Source of the DNA: Candidatus Krumholzibacteriia bacterium
GTDB taxonomy: Bacteria; Krumholzibacteriota; Krumholzibacteriia; LZORAL124-64-63
Assembly: GCA_050174015.1 (NCBI GenBank)
Contig: JBFXKG010000001.1
Coordinates: 192,001-256,000 of the forward strand
Direction of reading: 5' to 3'
Length of the DNA: 64,000 nucleotides
Under the pieces are notes generated by a model. That model made no database searches and had not been told where the DNA came from. It worked only from the letters and a program-made list of their open reading frames with translations. Shown in pieces: positions 7,881 through 15,994 of the stretch. The stretch's first letter is position 1. The number at the start of each line of letters is the position of its first letter. Both the position numbers and the translations under genes were made by a program.

Positions 7881-10118
7881 CTATTTGGGCTTGGTCAGGA
7901 CGAAGACGTTGGGCTTATCCCCGGCCGGTTTTCCGATGGGGGATTCCGGCGCCGGAGCCTCGGTCTCCGGGGCCGCGGTATCCACTCGAGGTTCTTGCAC
8001 TGCGGCGGCGGGTTCGGCGCTGGTTTCTCCCGCGGGCCGGGCCACCTCGGGCATCTTCAGGTTGTAGATGTTGGGGCGCGCGGGCGCCGGCGCACCCGTT
8101 TCCGCCGCGGGAGCGGAAGCCTCGACCTCGGGGAGCGCTCCGGCAGGCGGCTTGGTCTCGCCGGGGGACTTCTTGGGCCTGTTCAGCAGGAACACGTTCC
8201 CGTTGCTGCCGGACGGGGTTTCCTTCTCCGCCGCCGGAGGGGCCGGCGTCTTCGGGGCCTCGGCAGGGGCAGGTCGCGTCGGGGCGGGAATCTCCGCCTT
8301 GGCGGCAGGTTGCTGGGCCTGGGGTTGGGCGGCCGGCTTGGCGGCGGCCTTGGGTTTTCCCAGGATGAAGACGTTGGCGTTGCTCCCTGCCGTCTTGACC
8401 TCGGGCTCGGCCGGGGACTGGGAGGCCTCGGCGATGGCGTTGGTCGTCTCCTCGGCCAATTCCTCCAGGGAGGGTTCGGGTTGGGTGGGTTCATCATCAC
8501 CCAAGGAGAAGGCCGGCTTCCGCACCGGGGGCGCGGGGGAGGGTTCCGGTTCGGGGGCACTGGGGACTTCCGCAGCGGGGGCCGGGGCGTCGGATCCGAT
8601 GGGATCCGGTTCGGGTTCGGGATCGGCGGCCTGGATGGGCTGCCGGAACGGGTCGGGTGCGCCAACCGGTGGTTCGGCGACCTGAGGCTCCGCGGGAGCA
8701 GGCGCGGCCCTGGGGGGTTCGGGCCGGAGCGCGGCCGATGGGGCCGGCGGGGCTCCGGGAATCACCCGGGGCGGGGGGGAGATCATCAGTTCGCCCAGGT
8801 GCTGGCTCACCTTGTTGATGGCGCTGATGTTCTTGATTATTTGGCCGATGGCCTCCTCGTATTGCCGGGCGGTCTGGAGGATATCCGAGACGGTGGCCTC
8901 GATCTCCTCGGTGGCTTGCGAGGTCTGGCGCGACAGGCCCTTGACCTCGGAGGCCACCACGGAGGTGAAGGCGGCCCCGGTCTGGCCGGTCACCACGGCC
9001 TCCGCGTCGATCTGGCCGGCCACGTGCCTGGTCTTCGTGGCCAGCTGGGTCACGCGGGCCACGACCCGGCTCATCTCCCTGGCGGACTCCACCAGTTCGG
9101 AGGCTGCGTCGGCTGTGAAGCTCGCCGCGTTGTTGGCTCCGCGGACGATCTTGTAGCCTTCGGCCGTGTCCTGGGCCATCTCGTTCAGGGAGTAGAGCAT
9201 CCCCTGGAGGGCATGGCCGACCGAATCGATGGCCAGTCGCATCTTGTCGGTGCTGCTGGCGATGGTGCTCATGTCCACGGACATCTGGTCCACCGAGGCG
9301 CTGACCGAATCGAAGTCCACCGGGGCGGCGAAGTGGGTTTCGGGCTTCTTCCGGTTTTCGGCCGCCCGCCGCTCCTCCCGCGACCGGGTCGGCGAACCTG
9401 GAGGCGTCAGGGATGCGGCCAGGGCCCCGGCGACCTTGCGCGGGGATTCATCAGGATCCTTCGTCGAGCAGTCGGCGGCAGGCGCGGCGGCCTTGCGGAC
9501 GTCCCGGATCCGCAGCCACACCAGGGCGCCCAGGATGAGGACGGCGAAGCCGGCTCCGAAACCGGCGGCCCTGGCCATGGCCCGGCGGGTCGCGGCGCCG
9601 TCCCGCAGGGCGTTGGCGGTCATGCCCATCTGCTGCATCAGCAGGATGTTGTTGTCGGCGAGTTCCTGCACCGCGTTGCGGCCGGCGGCGCTGAAGACGG
9701 AGAATTCACCGGCGGCCAGATCGGCCAGGGGGGTTCCGGTGGCGCGCCAGAGTTCCGCAGCCTCTTCGAGGGCGGCGCGGGCGGCGCGGTTTCCGGTGCG
9801 GGCCACGGCCAGCTGGGCGCCGTCGGGCCCGTTGATGAGGCCGCCCTGCAGCAGGGCCGCCAGGTTCTGATCGAACTGGAGAACGGTCCGGCCGACCTCC
9901 CGGCGGGCCTGGGCCACGGTCTCGAATTCGTCGGCTGCGGCCAGGGCGTCCACCTGGCGACTCAGATCCTGGATGATCATCTGCTGGCGCTGGGCCAGGT
10001 CGATCTGGGTGACGGTATCCTGCTCGTATCGTCCCTGGCTGAAGGCGATGACGAGGGAGGCCGTCAATACGATGGCGACCGCGCCCTGGGCCAGGTTCAA
10101 GATCTGCCGCGTGGACAT
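7881..10118 (-). CDS. Atypical methyl-accepting chemotaxis-like protein: PilJ/NarX-like periplasmic domain, MCP-like coiled coil, long Pro/Ala-rich tail
   Basis: Two TM helices flanking IDLAQRQQMIIQ (PilJ/NarX-type box); heptad region with VVASEVKGLSRQTSQATEEI; GGAGG RBS before ATG 10118. Confidence 0.7.
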   Translation of the reverse strand: MSTRQILNLAQGAVAIVLTASLVIAFSQGRYEQDTVTQIDLAQRQQMIIQDLSRQVDALAAADEFETVAQARREVGRTVLQFDQNLAALLQGGLINGPDGAQLAVARTGNRAARAALEEAAELWRATGTPLADLAAGEFSVFSAAGRNAVQELADNNILLMQQMGMTANALRDGAATRRAMARAAGFGAGFAVLILGALVWLRIRDVRKAAAPAADCSTKDPDESPRKVAGALAASLTPPGSPTRSREERRAAENRKKPETHFAAPVDFDSVSASVDQMSVDMSTIASSTDKMRLAIDSVGHALQGMLYSLNEMAQDTAEGYKIVRGANNAASFTADAASELVESAREMSRVVARVTQLATKTRHVAGQIDAEAVVTGQTGAAFTSVVASEVKGLSRQTSQATEEIEATVSDILQTARQYEEAIGQIIKNISAINKVSQHLGELMISPPPRVIPGAPPAPSAALRPEPPRAAPAPAEPQVAEPPVGAPDPFRQPIQAADPEPEPDPIGSDAPAPAAEVPSAPEPEPSPAPPVRKPAFSLGDDEPTQPEPSLEELAEETTNAIAEASQSPAEPEVKTAGSNANVFILGKPKAAAKPAAQPQAQQPAAKAEIPAPTRPAPAEAPKTPAPPAAEKETPSGSNGNVFLLNRPKKSPGETKPPAGALPEVEASAPAAETGAPAPARPNIYNLKMPEVARPAGETSAEPAAAVQEPRVDTAAPETEAPAPESPIGKPAGDKPNVFVLTKPK

Positions 10119-10281
10119 GCAATTCCTCCGTGAATGCAGGCTGGATGGCGGGCGGAAACCCGGAACTCCACGTTCCAGATCGGCAGATCTCATCAGGGGT
10201 TAACAAAAAACCCGGGGCAGAACTCCCAGCCGGATGTTATCTTTCGCCCCCGAACCCCGACCATCCACAAGGAGATGTCCC

Positions 10282-12204
10282 ATGCGATCAGGTACCGTTC
10301 ATTCCCTGTCCGTGCTGATCCTGGCCCTGTCGATCGCCCTCGTCGGATGCGCCTCGAATCCCGCGCCGGAGGCCCCGCCCGCTCCGCCCGCTCCCGAGGC
10401 GCCCGCGAAGATCGCCATCGCGAACCTGGCCGACCTGCCGTCCCACAGCTACCCGCTGACCGGCACGGTGATGGAACTGCTGCAGGATCCCGGCACGATG
10501 GCCGAACTGCGGGCCGCGGTGCGCCGCGACGTCGAATCGGACCTGGCGACCTACGACATCACGGACGAGGCCACCCTTCAGGGGAAGTACAGCAGTCTCG
10601 TCACCCTGAACATGCTGGACGGGAACGACCAGGGAACCCTGGAATACCTCGACAAGGTCGCCGCCCTGGAGGACAAGGAGGCGGCCCGCCTGATGAACGG
10701 CCTCACGGCGAGGTCCATGATCGACGCCAAGGCCGCCGCGGGTACCGCCGACGTCAACGATCCGGCCTTCCGGGATGCCTTCCGCGCCGCCCTCGCCGGC
10801 CGGGTGAACTCCCTTCCCTGGGACGTGGTGCAGGATGCGGCCAAGAACAACAAGGGCCGCGCGGAGTTCATGAACGAGAACCTGCTGCTGGGCGTGGTGC
10901 AGGCCCAGATCGAGCCCGCAGCGGCCGCCATGGGCGAGCTGAGCGCCGATCTGGCGGGTTCGGTCATCGGCATCCGCTTCGCGCTGGACCAGGTGTTGCC
11001 CCTGAACCCGGTGATCGCCGAGGTCTACGCCGACTACATCGAGAAGAACGACAAGGTCAAGGCCGACATCTGGCCGGACCGAGACGTGACCCTGGATTCC
11101 GGCCGCGGCCTCGCGCCCGTGGTGGTGGGGATCTGGGATTCGGGCGTGGACACCGCGGTGTACGGCGACGCCATGTTCACCAACCCCGGCGAGACCGTCG
11201 ACGGCAAGGACAATGACGGCAACGGCTTCATCGACGACGTCCACGGCATCGCCTTCGACCTCGACGGCGTGGCCAACCCCCACATGCTGCATCCTCTGGG
11301 CGACCAGGAGGGCAAGCTGGACGTCATGTTCGAGTCCATGCAGGGCTTCCAGGACATGACCTCGGCGATCGACAGTCCCGAGGCCACGGCGACGCGAGCC
11401 AAGCTTGGTGAGATGGCTCCCGAGCAGATGGGCGACTTCCTGACGACCCTGAGCTTCGGCGGCCTCTACAGCCACGGGACGCACGTGGCGGGCATCGCCA
11501 CCGCCGGCAATCCCTTCGCGAAGATCCTGATCGCCCGGATCACCTTCGACTACCACAACACCCCCCAGGCCATGACCGTCGAGACGGCCAGGCGTCTGGC
11601 CGAGGACTACCGCAACACGACGCAGTACTTCGCCGACCACGGCGTGCGCATCGTGAACATGAGCTGGGGCTGGACCTTCAAGGAGATCGAGGGCGGGCTG
11701 GAGGCCAACGGCGTCGGCAAGGACGCCGAAGAGCGCGCCGCCATGGCCCGCGAGATGATCGGCATCCTCAGCGACGGCCTGCGGGAGGCCATGGCCGCCA
11801 CGCCGCAGATCCTGTACGTCGCCGCGGCCGGGAACGAGGACAACGACGTCGAGTTCGACGTGGTGATCCCCAGCAGCTTCGACCTGCCGAACCTGATGGT
11901 GGTCGGGGCGGTGGATCAGGCCGGCGACCCCACCAGCTTCACCAGCGGCGGCCGCAACGTGAAGGTCTACGCCAACGGCTTCCAGGTGGAGAGCTTCGTG
12001 CCCGGCGGCAAGACCATGAAGATGTCGGGCACCTCGATGGCCTCGCCCAACGCCTGCAACCTGGGCGCCAAGCTGTTCACGCTGGATCCCTCGCTGACGC
12101 CGGAGAAGGTCAAGGCGCTCATGGAGCAGGGCGCCGACCCGCACCCTGAGCACCCGGAGATCCTGCTGATCAATCCGAAGAAAACGGTGGAGGTGCTGGG
12201 GTAG
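10282..12204 (+). CDS. S8 subtilisin-family serine peptidase, lipoprotein
   Basis: Lipobox LVGC; catalytic motifs WDSG, HGTHVAG, AAGN, GTSMASP; DNDGNGFIDD motif; AAGGAG RBS. Confidence 0.92.
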   Translation: MRSGTVHSLSVLILALSIALVGCASNPAPEAPPAPPAPEAPAKIAIANLADLPSHSYPLTGTVMELLQDPGTMAELRAAVRRDVESDLATYDITDEATLQGKYSSLVTLNMLDGNDQGTLEYLDKVAALEDKEAARLMNGLTARSMIDAKAAAGTADVNDPAFRDAFRAALAGRVNSLPWDVVQDAAKNNKGRAEFMNENLLLGVVQAQIEPAAAAMGELSADLAGSVIGIRFALDQVLPLNPVIAEVYADYIEKNDKVKADIWPDRDVTLDSGRGLAPVVVGIWDSGVDTAVYGDAMFTNPGETVDGKDNDGNGFIDDVHGIAFDLDGVANPHMLHPLGDQEGKLDVMFESMQGFQDMTSAIDSPEATATRAKLGEMAPEQMGDFLTTLSFGGLYSHGTHVAGIATAGNPFAKILIARITFDYHNTPQAMTVETARRLAEDYRNTTQYFADHGVRIVNMSWGWTFKEIEGGLEANGVGKDAEERAAMAREMIGILSDGLREAMAATPQILYVAAAGNEDNDVEFDVVIPSSFDLPNLMVVGAVDQAGDPTSFTSGGRNVKVYANGFQVESFVPGGKTMKMSGTSMASPNACNLGAKLFTLDPSLTPEKVKALMEQGADPHPEHPEILLINPKKTVEVLG

Positions 12205-12246
12205 GGAGGCCGGCCGGCCGGCCGGTCGAATCGTGAGGATGGGAAA

Positions 12247-12274
12247 CGGGGCACCCGCGGCGGCGGGTGCCCCG
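12247..12274 (+). terminator. Intrinsic terminator hairpin after the S8 gene
   Basis: CGGGGCACCCGC-GGCG-GCGGGTGCCCCG followed by CTGTTT. Confidence 0.65.
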
Positions 12275-12993
12275 CTGTTTGGGGTTATTTCCAGGGTTTT
12301 CCCCAGAATCAAAGGCCGTTTTGGTCTTTAACCCCAGTCATTTGCCGCCGGCTAAAATTTTCATGACCTTTTCAAAAAAACACTCCCAAAACATTTTCAA
12401 TGGGATGACATCGGTCCCGGCCCGCCGACTACTCCCGGCCCCTTCGGGGGTTGGTGCGCCCAACGTCGAAATGGCGGAAACCCGGTCCTCATTGAGGATC
12501 TTTTGCCTCTTGCCCCGTCAGCCAGGTGAAGAAACCATTGATTTTGATTTATTATGCCACAAGGGGGTTCAAATGAACCATTCCACTGCTGTCCAAAACC
12601 TAAAACCCCTAAGACATCTGCTCCCATGGCGGACCACCGGGCGGGGTCTGGGACGGGTCGTTCACCCATTCCCACCAATCCCGGTAGCCAACATGTGGTT
12701 GGAACCCTGAAACTAAGACCCATGGCCGGCGGACTGCACAGTCGGTACTCAAGGGACGTGGCCTGACGGAGAACCCTCGGCTGTCGGCGCCTGAGAAGCA
12801 GGATCGATCTATTCAATAACTCCCAAACAGCACTGAAAACCGGGATTGAAGGCCGAATTCAGGGATATAGGCCCCCCGGGGGGCGGTTTTGGATGCCATT
12901 ATCAAAAAGCCGGAAGGCGACCGAGCCAAGATTACAGCCTTTTCGGCCCGGATGGGGTTTTGATTTGGGACAGGGGACCCAGCGGGGGCAGAA

Positions 12994-13800
12994 TCATCGC
13001 GATACTACCAGTCGGACCACCACCGCCAGCAGGAGGACGGCGAAGATCCGCCGGAACATCAGCGATCGCGTGCGCCGGTTGACCCACGCGCCGAGCTGGG
13101 CCCCGGGAATGGCGGTCAAGGCGAGCAATCCGGCCACAGGAAGGCCGCCGTACCCGGTGAAGCCCGGGCCCAGGGGGGACGGTGGCGACGCCGTCAGGTA
13201 CCCCAGGGCCGCGGCCAGGGCGCTCCACAGGATCACGGCCGACGAGGTGCCTGCCAGCCAGCCGGAATGCACGCCCAGAAGCAAGGCCAGAGCCGGAACC
13301 AGCACGATGCCCCCGGCCAATCCGCTCAGGCCCGCCACCATGCCCACCAGGATCCCGACCAGCAGGCCCTTCCACCACGCGACGGGGGTGGCGGGGCGAG
13401 CCTTGACCTCGTTCTCGGTGAGCATGCGGATCGCCGCCAGGGTCATCAATCCGGCCAGGACCAGTTGCAGGGCCCGGCCGGGAAGCCGGGTCGCCAGCCG
13501 GGCGGCCGCCCAGCCCCCGGCCATGCTGCCGGGAATCAGGGAGGGGACCAGCCGCCACAGGATCCGCTTCTGGCGGTGGTGGCGCACGATGGCCGAGGCC
13601 GTGGCGAACACCGCGACGCAGAGGCTGGTGGCCATGGCGGCCTGGACGACCGAGTCGGCGGGAAGTCCCCAGCGCCGGAAGACCTCCAGCAGGACGGGCA
13701 CCATCACCACCCCGCCCCCGATGCCCACGAATCCGGCCACGAATCCCGCCACCAGGCCCAGAAGGAGGATCATCAGCACCAGGGGGGCCGACCAGTCCAT
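12994..13800 (-). CDS. Sulfite exporter TauE/SafE family membrane protein
   Basis: Duplicated GxxAGxxGxGGG motifs, A.ATSL, about 8 TM helices; start overlaps the stop of the upstream EamA gene. Confidence 0.85.
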   Translation of the reverse strand: MDWSAPLVLMILLLGLVAGFVAGFVGIGGGVVMVPVLLEVFRRWGLPADSVVQAAMATSLCVAVFATASAIVRHHRQKRILWRLVPSLIPGSMAGGWAAARLATRLPGRALQLVLAGLMTLAAIRMLTENEVKARPATPVAWWKGLLVGILVGMVAGLSGLAGGIVLVPALALLLGVHSGWLAGTSSAVILWSALAAALGYLTASPPSPLGPGFTGYGGLPVAGLLALTAIPGAQLGAWVNRRTRSLMFRRIFAVLLLAVVVRLVVSR

Positions 13801-14699
13801 CAGGACTCCCTCCCCGGCCGCGTGGGCAGACCCGCCCGGTGAACGAGCCAGGCCGCGCCGACGATCATCACCCCGCCCAGGATGCTCCAGGCATCGGGCC
13901 TCTCCCCGAACAGGATCAGACCCGCCACCACAGCGAAGATGACGTGCAGGTAGGTGAAGATCGAGATGCGGGAGGCGGGAGCGTGGTGATAGGCGAACGT
14001 CAATCCGTACTGGCCGCCGGCCGCGAACACGCCGGTCCCCGCCAGCGCCAGCCACTGGGCAATCGGCACGTGAGGTGGATCGAGGATGACGAACGGCAGG
14101 GTGGCCCCGCAGCTGACCAGCGAGAAGTAGAAGATGATGCGGTTGGGATCGGCCCGGCCCTTGAGGGAGCGGACCAGCACGTAGGCCGTCCCTGCGAATC
14201 CTCCCGAGGCCAGGCCCGCCAGGGCGGGCAGCATCTGGTAGTCGAAGCTGGGCTTGATCACGAGGATCGCCCCGGAGAAGGCGATCACCAGGGCGGGCAG
14301 GATCCCCTTGTGGAAGGGCTCCTTGAGGATCACCACCGCCAGGACGGCCACGAAGAAGGGCGAGGTCTTGTTCAGCAGGGAGGCGTCGGCCAGCTTGAGA
14401 CCGCCCAGGGCGACGAAGTAGAAGTACACGCCGCCCAGTCCGCACAAGGCCCGCAGCAGGAGGATTCTCAGGTAGGGAGTGGGACCGAAGGGGTTGCATC
14501 GGGAGCGCAAGGCCACCGAGGAGGTGATGCCCAGGGTCACCAGGTTGCGGAAGAAGACCTTGCTCGTCACCGGGGCGTCGGCCGCGAGCTTCACCATGGC
14601 GCCCATGAGCGCGAAGCTCAGGCCCGAAAACACCATGAAGGCCATGGCGCGGGTCAGGCTGTCGGGGCGGGAATCCGGGACGACCTCAGGGGAACCCAT
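13800..14699 (-). CDS. DMT/EamA family transporter
   Basis: About 10 TM helices in two EamA repeats (VFFRN, TSPFF..LA..ILKE, LFGE.P). Confidence 0.88.
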   Translation of the reverse strand: MGSPEVVPDSRPDSLTRAMAFMVFSGLSFALMGAMVKLAADAPVTSKVFFRNLVTLGITSSVALRSRCNPFGPTPYLRILLLRALCGLGGVYFYFVALGGLKLADASLLNKTSPFFVAVLAVVILKEPFHKGILPALVIAFSGAILVIKPSFDYQMLPALAGLASGGFAGTAYVLVRSLKGRADPNRIIFYFSLVSCGATLPFVILDPPHVPIAQWLALAGTGVFAAGGQYGLTFAYHHAPASRISIFTYLHVIFAVVAGLILFGERPDAWSILGGVMIVGAAWLVHRAGLPTRPGRES

Positions 14700-15373
14700 C
14701 AGGACGACGAGGGCCGAGGAGCGGGGTCGGGAAGCATCCGCCCCGCCTCCTGCGCGAACCTGAGGATGTGGTCGCTCCAGTGGGAGGCCGCCCGCGCCGA
14801 CTGGCCGGTCCGGACCAGGTCGTACATCTCGTCGAACGACGCCATCAGGGCCTCGGGCAGGAATCCCGCCCTCAGGGCGGTGAACCAGTACCGCCGGGAC
14901 AGGGCCTCCAGCCGCTGGACGTCCTGCCTCAGGATGGCGTTGGGGCAGGACTCGACCAGCAGCAGCCCCCAGCGGAACACCAGCTCCATCAGGGCGGTAG
15001 CCTGGTCGGGCCCCGGCCGCAATACATGCATCTTACTGCGGTTCAAGAGGTTGTTCAATTCCATGATCCGCTGGCCGGGTAGGGGCATGACCGAGGACAG
15101 GGCCAGGGGGGCCAGCCGGGCCAGGACCTCCTGAAGGCCGGCGAACTCCCTGCGGGTCAAGGCGGGGACCACGAAGCCCTTGCCCATGTCGCTCAGCAGG
15201 AATCCGCCCGCCTCGAGGTGCAACATGGCCTCGCGCAAGGGAGTGCGGCTGATCCCCAGGTCGGCCGAAAGGTGGGTTTCATTGATGCGTATGCCGGCCG
15301 GAAGGCGTCCATCGGACAGCCGGGCCAGGATCTCCCGCTGGACGGCCTGCCTCAGGGGTTGGCGTTCGAACAT
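14699..15373 (-). CDS. GntR family (FCD) transcriptional regulator
   Basis: LPAG.RINE..LS..LGISRTPLREAM..LE wHTH signature. Confidence 0.88.
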   Translation of the reverse strand: MFERQPLRQAVQREILARLSDGRLPAGIRINETHLSADLGISRTPLREAMLHLEAGGFLLSDMGKGFVVPALTRREFAGLQEVLARLAPLALSSVMPLPGQRIMELNNLLNRSKMHVLRPGPDQATALMELVFRWGLLLVESCPNAILRQDVQRLEALSRRYWFTALRAGFLPEALMASFDEMYDLVRTGQSARAASHWSDHILRFAQEAGRMLPDPAPRPSSS

Positions 15374-15492
15374 GGTCCCATCCCGGGTTGAAGGCCTTGC
15401 CGGACCGGTCCGCTCTCTCCAGACCAGCGGCGACAAGGCATTATCACACCGGTATCAGGAAATATCCAGCCCCAACCGTATACAGTTGGCCG

Positions 15493-15801
15493 TCAGGGGA
15501 CCACCACGGAGTTCTCGGCGTCGGAGAACCCGCTGGGGGCGTACCCATCCGCCTCCTGGTCGTTGGCCCAGACCTGTCCGTCGATGAGGTAGCGGAAGTT
15601 GTAGGGCTTGCCCTGTTCGAGGTCCAGCGTGACCTTGAATTCCCCGTTCTTGAGCTTCTGCATGGGGGTCGCCTTGGGGCTCCAGTCGTTGAAGTCCCCC
15701 ACCAGGGCCACCTTGCGGGCCTTGGGAGCGGCGTCGGAGGACAGGCGGAAGGTCACCTTGCTGACCGGCTTCGTCTTGAGCGGGCGTTTCTGAAGACTCA
15801 T
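15493..15801 (-). CDS. Isoamylase early-set / CBM48-like glycogen-binding protein
   Basis: V.LVGDFNDW, PM.K..NG.F, Y.FRYLIDG..W.ND motifs; GGAG RBS. Confidence 0.85.
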   Translation of the reverse strand: MSLQKRPLKTKPVSKVTFRLSSDAAPKARKVALVGDFNDWSPKATPMQKLKNGEFKVTLDLEQGKPYNFRYLIDGQVWANDQEADGYAPSGFSDAENSVVVP

Positions 15802-15919
15802 GTTCTCTCCCTCGCTTGGATTCCGGAGCCTCCAGGCCCCGAATCTGGAATCGTGTGGCCATAGGATACTCCGAACCGGCGGGGATGCAAGCGGAACGCA
15901 GTTTTTTAACAATGGGGGG

Positions 15920-15947
15920 TTGCACCGGGTTCCCGGAGGGCCATAAT
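15920..15947 (+). promoter_or_regulatory. Putative sigma70 promoter for the S9 peptidase gene
   Basis: TTGCAC-N16-CATAAT about 50 nt before the ATG. Confidence 0.4.
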
Positions 15948-15994
15948 GCTCCGAGGACCACCTCGAACCGACCCCCATCCCTCGTGGAGCGGAC

